A stretch of DNA of 64,000 nucleotides from Octopus vulgaris (Eukaryota). Made by a program: the position numbers and the translations under genes. Below the pieces are notes generated by a model, which ran no database searches, had not been told where the DNA came from, and saw only the letters and a program-made list of their open reading frames with translations. The stretch spans positions 15,562,001-15,626,000 of the forward strand of contig OX597840.1 of the NCBI GenBank assembly GCA_951406725.2. Direction: 5' to 3'. This document shows, piece after piece, positions 1-12,547 of this stretch; position 1 is the first letter of the stretch; each line of letters starts with the position of its first letter.

Positions 1-2109
1 TGGGCTTCTTTCAGTTTCCGTCTACCAAATCCACTCACAAGGCTTTGGTCAGCCCGAGGCTATAGTAGAAGACATTTGCCCAAGGTGCCACGCAGAGGGA
101 CTGAACCCGGAACCATGTGGTTGGTAAGCAAGCTAGTTACCACACAGCCACTCCTACGCCTTTAAAAATTGATTTGCTATTATTACTATACAGGTCACTG
201 CCTGGAATTGAACTCGGAATCTTGGGGTTAGTAGCTTGCGCTTTTAACCACTACGCCATATGCCTGTGGGAGTTCAAATTCTGCCAAGGTCGACTTTGTC
301 TTTCATCCTTCCAAGGTCTATAAAACAAGTACCAATTGAATGCTGGGCCTGATGTAATCGAATTACCCACTCTCCCACCCTCGTGTCAAAATTTGAAATC
401 ATTATTATAAATGAGTATAAAGCAGCAAGGTGGCAGAACTGTTAGAATGCTGGACAAATTGCTTTGCGACATTTCATTTGTCTTTACGTTCTGAGTTCAA
501 ATTCTGCCGAGGTCAACTTTGCTTTTCATCCTTGCAGGGTCAATAAAGGTTGACTTTGCCTTTCATCCTTCCGGGGTCTATAAAACAAGGATGAAAGGCA
601 AAGTCTACCTCAGTATTAAACATGGACCCCAGTATGACCCCAGAATGGACTCCAAGATGAAAGGGTCAATAAAGGTTGATTTTGCCTTTCATCCTGGGGT
701 CATACTGGGTCCATATTGAATACTAAAGTTGACTTTGCCTTTCATCTTTCCGGTGTCTATAAAACAAGTACCAGTTGATTACTGGAATCAGTGTAATCAA
801 TTCATCCCCTACCCCAAAATTGCTGTCTTTGTGGCAAAAAATTGAAACCATTATTATAAATTATTTCTGCAAAGTGGCAGAATCGTTAGCATGCCGGACA
901 AATTACTTAGCAGCATTTCATCTGTTTTTCCATTCCAAGTTCAAATTCCATCCAAGGTCAACTTTTGGGTCGATAAAATAAGTACCAGTTGTGTTACTGG
1001 GGACAATGTAATTGACTTACCCCGCCACCCTTGAAATTTTGCTGGCTTTTTGCCAAAATTTGAAGCTTGTGTTATTATAAATGTGAATGTATGTGCAAAT
1101 GGACTTAGGAATATGGGTCACGGGATGACTGGAAGAATCTGCTGACGTCTGGATCTTAAGATATTTGTGAAAACTAGGACAAGACAAGAGAAATAATGGA
1201 AAAACTATAAAAAAAAAAGAATAAATACAACAGGAAAAGACACCAGCATAAATGATGATGACGACGATGACAATGATGGTGGCGGAGCAGAGGTGGTGGT
1301 GGAAGAAGAAGAAGAAAAAGAAGACGATGAAAAATAAGACGAATTATATAAATGTAATATTTCCAAGAAAAATGTAAAGCAAATTCAAATAAAAAAAATA
1401 AATAAATAAACACAAGAGACAAATAAGTATAAAAGAAAAAAATTAAACAAATAAAAAAATAATAATAAAAGATCTGCAGAAACAGAAAAATCCACAATTT
1501 TCTATTTATAGACTTGAAAATCTCCAGATTAGCCAGTTGGTCGGTTGGTCGGTTGGTGGACAGATAGAAAAAATGCACTGGTTGGCTGACTGGCTGGTTG
1601 GTTTAGTTTGGTTATTGGTTGGTCAGTTGGTCAGTTATGTACCAATACTACGTACAAACAGTGCTGAGAGAGATAGACTTTTACGACCGATTTGTTGTTG
1701 TTGTCGTTATTTAAAACTAATGGCTAAATAAAGAACATCAGTTTCTGAACACTTTGCCTCCTCCATCACCACCACCATCATCATCATCATCACTGCCATC
1801 ACTACTATCATCACTGCCACCATCACCACTACAATCACCACCACCATCACCACCGCCACCATCACTGGCAGCTCCACCACCATCATGGAATGGATGTGGA
1901 ATGCTGAGACAAACATGGGATAGAAGTTGGTGATGATGAGGAGAAGGAGGAGGAAGAAGGAGGGGTGAGATGTGAGTCGAGGAAGTAAGTGGTGGGGGTG
2001 GGTGGGTTTCATGTCTCCGAAGAGGTGGGCGTGTCACTTCGGTTTAGTTTTAACTGTCTGCCTGTCCATCCATGCCATCCCATTCAATTCCCTCCATCTC
2101 TTCCCATCT

Positions 2110-2627
2110 CATGCATACAGACATAAACACATGTACAAGCATACACACACACACACACATAAATATACATATGCACACACACAAACACACAGATGCAGAC
2201 ACAGACACACACACGCACACACACAAACATACACAGATAGATGCACATAAAATGCACACACACACACTTATGCAAACACACAAACATACATACACAGACA
2301 CACATATAAATATACACACATACATATACACACACACATACAAACATACACAGATAGCGGCACAGGAAATGCACACCCACACTTATGTAAACACACACAA
2401 ACATACACAGATGCAAACACAGACACACACGCACACACACAAACATACACAGATAGATGCACATAAAATGCACACACACACTTATGCAAACACACACACA
2501 CAAATGAATATACACACGCACATACATGCACACACACACAAACATACACAGATAGATGCAAATGAAATGCACACACACACATGCACACACTCAAACACGT
2601 ACACACACACACACATGCACACACTCA

Positions 2628-2658
<31 letters not shown>
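2110..2658. repeat. Compound CA-rich tandem repeat
   Basis: Recurring ACAAACATACACAGATAGATGCAC blocks within (CA)n. Confidence 0.85.
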
Positions 2659-5600
2659 TGTTATCTATTGGCTGTGCCTGTTTTATTGATGGTTCCAAAA
2701 ATGGCACGATTGGATATTTACGCTGTCTGACAACAACTACAGCAACAACAACAACAACGGCTGTTACAATAAGATTGATATCAAACAGTGGCAATATCCA
2801 TCTGATAGAAATGGTCAAAAATAACACAGTATTGATAAGGTGATGGGGGGAGGGAGAGGAAGAGGAGGGGGAAGATGCTGATGGTGATGATGATGAGAGT
2901 GGTGGTGGTGGTGGTGGTGGTGGTGATGGTGATAGCAGCGAGTTGATAGTAATGACAGTGATGATGATGATGATGATTTTCTCATTTATTTCTTTATTAT
3001 TTTAGTTTATTTTTATTTCTTGTGATAATGGTTTTTTTTTTGCCATGACGGTGATGATGATGATGATGGTGATGAGGGATGAATATGAAAGCCTATCCAC
3101 GGACAGATAGCTTCATAGAAAACGAAACAAACGAACGAGCAACACGGTTTGAATGTAAAGTACGTACAACAACAACAGCAACAACAAAAACCAGAGCAGC
3201 AGCAGCAACAACATCAGTAACAAATGTAACAACAGAAATAACCCTAATAACATCAACAACAACAACAATTACACCCATCTGATGAAAATATTTCACAATG
3301 CCGATAGTGATAAGCCAAATGGTTTCTATCATTGGTATTGTAGCACCACTCATTCATTGGGTTGAGGTGGGGGTAGACGGGGAACATTCAATTAGAGCAA
3401 CTCTTGTACCAGGCTCTTGTACCCATCTACTTTGTGGCCTCCAGAATTATGATAAAAAATGGCAGAGTTGACCTCTATGAGAAGAAGATTTGGAATTCAG
3501 AATCATCACCACCATCATCATCGTTTAACGTTCGCCTTCTGTGCTGGTATGGGTTGGATGATGTGACAGGAGTTGGTCAGGCAGGAAGGAGCCTGCACCA
3601 GACTTCTGTGTCTGTCTTGGCAGAATTTTTCTGGCTGGATGTCCTTCCTAAAACTAGCCACCCTGTAGAATGGACTGAGTGGTTTTACATAATGCTAGCA
3701 TAGACAAGGTCAGTTTTGGCATGGTTTTTACAGCTGGATGCCCTTCCAAATGCCAACCATTTTACAGTGTGGACACGATGCTTTTTACATGGCACCAGCA
3801 TGTGGTTGGTAAAAATATGTACCTGTGATAAACTGGGGTCCATCCACATAGACTGGTCTTTAACTACCTCTCTGGGCCAGAATCATTAATGATCTCCCCA
3901 CCACCACCACCACCATCACCATCCATCAAAATTTCACCAAAATTATCCCAGCCCCACTGACTGGCCTCTCTACAAAACACAAACACTTGATTTTTTTTCC
4001 CCCCTTCTCATCACCAGTATTGTGTCCACCCCCTGTCTGCCTCCACCCATTCCCAGGGGTCTTGAGCTAACCACTTTTTTCCTGTCCTTCTTCACCCTTA
4101 TATCAATCCTCTGAATTTCCCTCCTCCAAGTTTTCTCTGTAGCTGTCAGCAAGCCATTGTTTAAGAACAAACATCAATCACATCAATGTCACCGGTCTTA
4201 GAAGTCCGATGAAGATTGTGGCCACAGCCTGAAATTTGGGTGGGAGAGAGGAAAGTTCACTACATCAATCCCAGTGCTCAACAGGTACTTTAACTGGCCA
4301 CATGAAAGGATGAAAGGCCAAGTCCATCTCAGCAATATTTGAACTCAGAACATGATAACAGATGAAATAAGACCAAACCTGATTCAAACCAAAATAGTAA
4401 AAATAATAATAATTTCAAATTTTGGCACAAGGCCAGCAGTTTTGGGGGTGCAGGAGTTAGTCATTACTATCAATCTTAGTGCTTGACTGGTCCTTTATTT
4501 TATTGAGCCCAGAGATGATGAAAGTAAAGTTGACTCTGGTTGAATTTGAACTTAGAATATGAAGAATAGGAAGACACAACATTAAGCATTATGACTGTCT
4601 TTGATTTAGGCACAAAACCAGCAATTTTTGAGGGGAGGGGGAGTAATCGAGACCATTGATTCCAGTACTTGCCTGGCATTTCATTTTATCAACCCTGGGG
4701 GGATAAAATGTAGAGTTAACTTTGGCAGGATTTGAAATCAGAACAAAAATCTGGAATGAATGCCTTGAGGTGTTTTTTTCCTGATGTTTTAATGACTCTG
4801 CTAATGCTGGAAATCAATCGAATATAGAAAATATTTGATACAAATAAAAGGAAAGAGGCGGATATAGGAACAGAAAATTCTAAAGGAAAATATTGTGAAC
4901 CAGGCAGTGTAAAGGTGGAAATAATTAAAGAATTAAAAACAATGGATTTGCTGATAAATCAATGAAAGTATTTCCCTTGGGTAAAACAAAATGTTAAGAT
5001 AGCAACAACAATGATTGTCAATGCAAACTTGACCATCAACGATTTAATAAAGACAGACACAAACATCAATATCACCAGGTTGCCTGAAATAATATATATA
5101 CTACAGACACTGTTGTTAATAAAGTAAATAGATATTCCCTTAGATGTGGCTGAATAGAAATATCAATATCAAAGCAAACAGGATGGAAAGGAAATATAGA
5201 GGAAGAGATTGAAAATAAGAGAAAAGATGTCTCAGTCGTTAATGATATCAATAAGAGAAATGACAAAGCTGAGAAAATAAAGGGGAGACAAATACTATAG
5301 AAAGATAACAACAAAAGAAGTATTCAAATTTGGAGAATGTTAAACAAGTCATCTTTACTAAATTGTAAAGAATTTGTCTGTTATAGAAACCAACAAGAAT
5401 TCTTTAAATGCAAAAGAAAGAAACAGTTTAACTCAATGCAAAACTGTTTTCTCAAGAATTTGGTAAGAATAAAATAGGAATCAATGCAGTACAGACTGCA
5501 AGAGAAGTATAATAATTCTAGAAATGAGTATGGAGAGGGAAGGAATTCCTACAGATGGAATTTTTGATACCAATAGAACACAACATCAGAGAAGCCATAA

Positions 5601-6149
5601 CAAGACAAAATACATAAGACCTCATTATATAATGGAATCTCAAACATCTGGTTAAAATATTTAACCCATTAGCATTCAAACCAGCCATATCCTGCCTAAA
5701 TATTCAACCAGTTTTGTGTGAACCCAACAGAAGCATATTGTGCATGTTATTCAATGGTCCACCCATGTCACACTTTCTATCATGCTGTATCTGGGGAGCA
5801 CTCAGCCACTTGCAAACAAATTCAATAAATACATGGTTCAACTGATCAAACAAATTAATGGACATCAAAACGAACAGACACCCAGGGACTTTAGACAGTT
5901 TTAGACTATTTCATAGCATAATCTTTAGGTCTAACTCTGTTCACAAGAACAACCATGTCCCTCTCTCCTTCCCTCTCTCTCTTTCTCCATCTCCCTCTGT
6001 TACTTCCTGTCAAGGTCTGGTGGAGCCAGGTGATTCCTCAAACTGTCAACAATGAAATATGTGTATGATACACTCTGTATTAATCTTGAAGTTGATCAAA
6101 TTATGTGTCAGTGGACATGCACATGTATATGTGTGTGTGTGTGTATGTA

Positions 6150-7565
6150 TGTGGGGATTTTTCTAAGTATGGCTCTCAGCTGGGTATAAAAGATTGTTTT
6201 ATCTTCATCACAGCTAGTCAAAGTAGGTGCATAGGTACTTATTAGAGTAGCAAACCGCTTACCTTTCAAGTGCAACCGTAGCGTCATTATATGTTCATTT
6301 ATAGGAATAGGGAGCTCTTCCAACTTCTTAAGGATATCAGATCGGACTGCAAAACCAACACCAGCCTTCTGCCTTCCTTTCCAAAAAAAGGTGTATCCAC
6401 CTCCTACTTCTTCAAGCTGACCATCACCTTCTATACGAGTCTCTGAGAGTGCAGCTATATCAATTTTATAATGGTTCAGCTCACGAGCAAGAAGTGCAGT
6501 GCATCTTTCAGGCCTGCAATCACTCTTGTTGTCCAACAGAGTACGCACATTCCAACATGAAATGTTTAAGTTCCGTCCAGATTTTATAGATAAAAGACTC
6601 TTTGTTTTTTGAGCGCAGGGTGGACATCCTTCAGTCGCGCTAAACTGACCAGATATGGAAAGACAGGCAATTTTTGTTCACCTTTTCTAGAACCTCCCCG
6701 GCCTCCGGGTGAGCAGTTCCTTCTCCAAATGGAACTGCTCAGACATCTATGCAGCAACCGAATCCTACCGCTGTCTTGAGCGACAAGGAGACGACTTTAT
6801 ATCCAGCATGGGCCGCCTACGTGCAGGTCGCTGACTACATGCTTCCAACCCATCAGGTCTGCATGCTTCACCACCTTCCCATCGCCACACGACTTCCAAA
6901 TAAAAAAAATTTAAATATATACTAAAAATGAAGAAAATATATACTAAAAATAAGATAAATATTTACTTAAAAAAAAAATGCACATATCGAGCAGAGGTCG
7001 GCAATGCCTGTGCAGAGTTTTAGGTCCAATAAGGCTTGCACAACACCTCATAGACCCTCTCCACTTTATTGACATTATCCAGAGACAAGCCGGAGCAAGA
7101 TGTCTGGTGCCAATATGAGTCGCAGGCTCAGGGATGTAGGAGCGCTTTGATCTCTAGCACAAACCAAAGATCCCCAAAATGTCCAATGCCATTCCCTGCA
7201 TATCTGGTTTTATATCAGAGTGACCTTCTCCTAGAGACATGCTTTAACAAAAGCTGAGGGGTGCCTCACTCCCAGTGGTCTTTCAGCAGGCCGGACACCA
7301 TCCCAGAATTTCTGCATACCTGTGCTAACATTTATTGGATGGCCATTGACTCTCAAGAGTCCTCCTCCCTCTGACGGGTTTTGTTTTTCATCCTGCAGGG
7401 TGTCCAATAAACACCCTCCTTACCAAGCAAGCTTGGTGGGGTTGCCGGTTTAGTCGCCGACGACCTGATCATGCAACAGGTTGTACTGGGTTACATGTTA
7501 CCAGTAGCACTCGAAAGTGACCTGACCACTCGAAAGTGACCTGACCACTCAAAAGTGACCTGACC
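6150..7565 (-). mobile_element. RTE-clade LINE 5' portion (5'UTR plus truncated APE endonuclease)
   Basis: ORF 6548-6108 follows ...WNVRTL and contains IDIAALSETR, GYTFFWKG, GVGFAV and LISTYAPT (APE domain). It breaks off into a CA microsatellite. The 5' extent is approximate. Confidence 0.8.
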
Positions 7566-9168
7566 ACATACATACATACATACATATATATATATGTACA
7601 TGTGCACAGATACACACACGTTTGTGTGTTTGTATGGAAACCCCAAAACAGTTATACTCTGTGCAGAAACATTGGCAAATATATAGAAACAAGAGGAGAA
7701 GGATTGTCATCTACATCATCATCACCAAACAATAATGGCATGATGAATAATAGAGACCTAGAAGAGGAGAAACAAGGAAACTGAATCCAGGGTCAGCCAA
7801 CCAACTGACCAAATGACTGACTGACCAACCAGTCACCCACTTGCTAATGGTCACTTGGCTCAAGTTAGCATTCCCACTTGAAATTTCTTATTAATTTTAT
7901 GTTAATTACACACCTGAAACTAATCAAAACCACAGAATTTGATTTGCCCAAATATTTGTCAAAACTTTTTAATGAGCATGGCTGTGTGGTCAAGGAGTTC
8001 ATTTTGTAACACTGTGGTTTCAGTTTCAATCCCATAGTGAGGCATGTAAATTTGTACAGAAGCTCATCATCATCGGCAGCAGCAGCAGCACCATCATTCA
8101 GTCTCCATCTTCCATGCTAGCATGGGTTGGATGGTTTGACAGGAGCTGGTCAGCCAGAGGATTGTGCCAAGCTCCACTGTCTGTTTTGACATAGATTTTG
8201 TGGGTGGATGCCCTTCCTAATGCCAACCACATTACAGAATGGACTGGGTGCTTTTTATGTGGCACCAGCCCCAGTGAGGTCACCAAGTAACTTACAAACC
8301 AAAGATCCCTCAATAGGAGGAGGGTATTGAGGGAGGTGACTTTGGACCAGGTGATGAGGGTTTAGAGTATGACAGAGGGACAGAAACAGGTATACAGGCA
8401 CAGGAGTGAATGTGTGGTAAGTAGCTTGCTTACCAACCACATGGTTCCAGGTTCAGTCCCACTGTGTGACACCTTAGGCAAGTGTCTTCTACTATAGCCT
8501 TGGGCCAACCAAAGCCTTGTGAGTGGATTTGGTAGACGGAAACTGAAAGAAGCCTGTTCTGTATATATATATGTGTGTGTGTGTGTGTATGTTTGTGTGT
8601 CTTGTTTATCCCTCTACCATTTCTTGACAGCTGATGCTGGTGTGTTTACGTCCCCGTAAAGGACCGATAGAATAAGTACTAGGCTCACAAAGAATAAGTC
8701 CAGGGGTCGATTCATTCAACTAAAGTCGGTGCTCCAGCATGGTTGCAGTCAAATGACTGAAACACATAAAATATATAAAGAGAGAGACCAAGAGTAAGAG
8801 AATGGGAGAGAGATGGTAATGCTGTACCAGGCAATACAGTCAAGGTCCAAAGATGTGAAGATAAATAGAATGAGAGAGGATTGCTCAGGTTGCATATGTA
8901 GGGAGTTCATGAAAAGGCAAAAGGGGGGCAGAGGAGAGGCAAAAGGGGAATGCAGTGAGTGGTGAAACAAGGGTATGTGGAAGGGTTCAACCCAAGACCA
9001 CACGGTCGCAAAACAGGTTTCTTACCCACACGACTACACCTGTGTCTCTATCTAAATTGATTGCAATTTTCTAATTTATATTATGCTACATATATTTATC
9101 TGAGATATATACTTCTGTATATATCATAGTTGTACATTTCTCTTATATATGTGTGTGTGTGTGTGTGT

Positions 9169-9468
9169 GTGGAGTTGCAATGGCCCAGTGGTTAGGGCAG
9201 CGAACTCACTGTTGTAGGATTGCAGTTTCGATTCCCAGACTGGGCGTTGTGAGTGTTTATTGAGTGAAAACACCTAAGGCTCCATGAGGCTCCAGCAGGG
9301 GGCATTGGTGATCCCTGCTGTACTCTTTCACTGCAACTTTCTCTCACTCTTTCTTCTGTTGGCCTGCTCACTTAGCCAGCAGGGTGGCATCATTTGAAGG
9401 CTAAAACAATGTGAAGCGCATTGTGACCAGCGATGTGTAGCAACATCTGATAGCCTGGTCGGTCATGT
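9169..9468 (+). repeat. tRNA-derived SINE family D (also 20235-20530, 41745-42128(-))
   Basis: TGGCCCAGTGGTTAGGGCAGC...GTTTCGATTCCCAGAC head plus a shared body. Confidence 0.75.
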
Positions 9469-9834
9469 GAGATATATATATATATTTCTTCTTTATATTA
9501 TTAATATACATATGGTTATATATATAAAGATATTTTTTATTATATCAAATATATATATTTATGCATTGATCTTTCCATTTTTTATGCTTTCGCTCTTCTC
9601 TTTCTCACTCTCTCTCTCTTTCTTTCTCTCTCTTTCTCAGTCTCTAATACACACACTCACATACATACTCTATCCTTTACTTTCCTCATCTCCTTGCCTG
9701 TCCTTCTCTCACCTTTTCCTCTCTCTCTCTCTTTCTTCCTCAACATAGTCAGCAGTCACACACTCACACACACACCCTTTCTTTCTCTGCGTCTCTTCAC
9801 ACTCTCCTTATATTTCCCATTTCTCTTTTTACAG

Positions 9835-10204
9835 AATGAAGGCCTTCCCCCGACTCGGCCACCAGCACAAAATCAAACAGAAGAAGATGGGAGCATGTGG
9901 AAAGGAGTCCGAAGTTTGGCAACGAAGCTGATCGATGCCACCAATGATGAGGAACCACTGCCTGAAGTGGAAGGCCTCGATTACAAACTCGGCAAAATAC
10001 AGTATGCCATTGGCTACGATTTCCGGACACTAACTTTGACCGTAACTATTTTCCGTGCTTGTCAATTACCTGCCAAGGACTTCACCGGAACTAGCGACCC
10101 TTATGTTAAAGTGTTGCTCTTACCAGACAAAAAACACAAGTTGCTCACAAAAGTACGAAAGCGTAATTTGAACCCACACTGGAATGAGCGTTTTGTCTTT
10201 GAAG
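9835..10204 (+). CDS. Syt7: Synaptotagmin-7-like, internal coding exon (linker plus N-terminal part of C2A)
   Basis: Polypyrimidine tract and ACAG acceptor end at 9834; GAAG|GTCAGT donor at 10205. Translation NEGL...LGKIQYAIGYDFRTLTLTVTIFRACQLPAKDFTGTSDPYVKVLLLPDKKHKLLTKVRKRNLNPHWNERFVFE closely resembles Syt7 C2A (PAKDFSGTSDPFVK..LLPDKKHKL.TKV.R.NLNPHWNE.F.FE). Confidence 0.93.
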
Positions 10205-10402
10205 GTCAGTGGATTTGGTTTCTTTCTCCCTTTTTTCCTTTCTTTGTCTTTTATTTTTGCTTTGCAATACTTGTAACATGTATAAGTAGACCTTCACATA
10301 TACACACACACACACACACACACATACACACATACATATACACACACAGAAACATTAATTATAATTATATATCTATTTCTGTACATTCCAGTATATATGT
10401 AA

Positions 10403-10469
<67 letters not shown>

Positions 10470-10477
10470 CACATACA

Positions 10478-10810
10478 TAGGCGTAGAAGTAGCTGTGTGG
10501 TAAGTAGTTTGCTTACAAACCACATGGTTCAGGGTTCAGTCCCACTCCATGGCACCTTGGGCAAATGTCTTCTACTATAGCCTTGTGTCAACCAAAGCCT
10601 TGTGAGTGGATTTAGTAGACGGAAACTAAAAGAAGCCTGTCGTATATATGTGTGTATTTGCACCCCAACATCGCTTGACAACCGATACAGGTGTGTTTAC
10701 GTCATCCGTTACTTAGCGGTTCAGCAAAAAGAGACCAATAGAATAAGTCCAAGACTTGCATAGAATAAGTCCAGCATGGCCACAGTCAAAACGACTGAAA
10801 CAAATACATG
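10478..10810 (+). repeat. SINE family A, representative copy (others e.g. 1-160(-), 8395-8770, 19470-19870, 21060-21425, 27335-27745(-), 33300-33710, 42582-42980, 47275-48080, 60685-61550, 62765-63130(-))
   Basis: Conserved GGAGTGGCTGTGTGGTAAG...GGTTCAGTCCCACTG (A/B-box-like) head, central TA/TG tract and ...GACTGAAACAAGTAAAAGA tail. Confidence 0.85.
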
Positions 10811-11254
10811 AATAGAAGAACATATATCTACATCTATATATATATAAATTTAAAGGAAACAGAAAGTGGAGATAACATTGATGAACAACAATTAATTTGC
10901 ATCAATTATTATTTATTAATTATCAAAAAATAAGAAATGAAAATAATAAATTGTTGTTCATGAATGTTATCTCCATTTTCTGTTTACTTTAAATTTTGAT
11001 TCCTGATAAACTCCTGTTTATCTTTGTTTTTACCTATAATCTATGGCAGTAATATTTTTGCCCATGTTTAAATATAAGTAATATACCAGTAGTATTTTGG
11101 AAAATGTTATCCCTTAGATGGTTATTTTAACCTCTAACTCAACTAACCTTAAGTATATATCTGTGTATGTGTGTGTGTATATATATATATACACAAACAC
11201 ACACACACACCTACATATATATACATATATTTTTTTTTTGAGAGGAGAGGGGAC

Positions 11255-11289
<35 letters not shown>

Positions 11290-11401
11290 AACATACATAT
11301 ATACATATATATATATACATATATACATATATATGTATATACATATATACATATATATATATACATACATATATACATACATATATATATATATGTAAGT
11401 A

Positions 11402-11433
<32 letters not shown>

Positions 11434-11851
11434 GTATATATAAAACATATATACATACATGTATCTATATATTGTCTCGTAATTCTTCCAATGAGTAACT
11501 CTGGGATTGTTTCTCTGGATTATGAATGTTATCAGTAGTGTACATTTGAAACAGTTATAAAAAATATGAAGACTTGCACATCAAATTTTTTTCTTTTTAT
11601 ATTGATGATGTACCTGTCTCTATATTTTTTATAATTGTTTGAAATAGACATGTGGTGTGTGTGTGTATGTAGTGTTTGAAGTGATGTACAGACATTGTAT
11701 ATGATGAAAATGGAGGTAATCAGAATTTTGGCTAATTGTCTATTAGTGCTTTCATCCAATCAATAGGACTCTTGAGTTATCTGAAGAGTCTTACTGAATG
11801 AATGAAAACACTAGTAAACAATTATCCAAAATTCTGACTGCCTCCTATTCC

Positions 11852-11890
<39 letters not shown>

Positions 11891-12010
11891 GAAACAGTTT
11901 GTAGACATTATATATATGAACATGTGTGTGTGTCATACATTTATACTTATATACATATTTGTATACACAAATAAAACGCATACATACATATGCATACACA
12001 TATATTTATT

Positions 12011-12063
<53 letters not shown>

Positions 12064-12326
12064 TGAATAGCTTTTCTTATTGGCTATGATATATATATAT
12101 ATAGTTGTAATTTAACCTTTTGATTAAGATAAAATTCCCAAATTAATTTTTAATCAACGTTTCCAAACTATCTCTGACCCATTTTCAGGATAAGGAGTGG
12201 TATTGACATTGGTAATACTCCCCAGCACCTTTCTATAGAGTTGGTGTTAGACCTGACAGCCAGTATTTGACATTTGTATGTGTGTGTATACATATATAAT
12301 ACATACATATATATACATATACATAC

Positions 12327-12547
12327 ACAAGGAGGTGTTGAAAAATTCCTGGTTTTAAAGGTATCATGAAAAGCCTGGATGGAGGGCCAACCTTCTGAAA
12401 TCTATTAGAGGGCTTAGATAAACTGAAGAGAACTGCTGCAATAAGTGTGTGAATCTGAGAGGGGAATATGTTGAATAAAATCATAATCAACTGATCTTCC
12501 TTTATTTTCGTTTACCCAAAGCCAGGAACTTTTACGTGCACCCTCGT
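12327..12547. mobile_element. Tc1/mariner-derived MITE
   Basis: Degenerate TIRs ACAAGGAGGTGTTGAAAAATTCCTGG / CCAGGAACTTTTACGTGCACCCTCGT, ~220 bp, no coding capacity. Confidence 0.6.

Noticed and set aside
1707-2037. Gly/Asp- or Val/Met-rich ORFs
   Set aside because: (CAT/CAC)n trinucleotide repeat with no domain similarity.
2050-2843. Long His/Thr- or Cys/Val-rich ORFs here and throughout (e.g. 11114-11498, 43681-44682)
   Set aside because: They are translations of (CA)n/(TA)n microsatellites.
9694-9834. ORF extensions beyond the Syt7 exons (9694-9834, 10205-10503, 63558-63734)
   Set aside because: They lie outside strong splice sites and are low-complexity intronic read-through.
11775-11820. 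CTGAAGAGTC...GAAAACACTAGTA
   Set aside because: Stems I and II do not pair convincingly.
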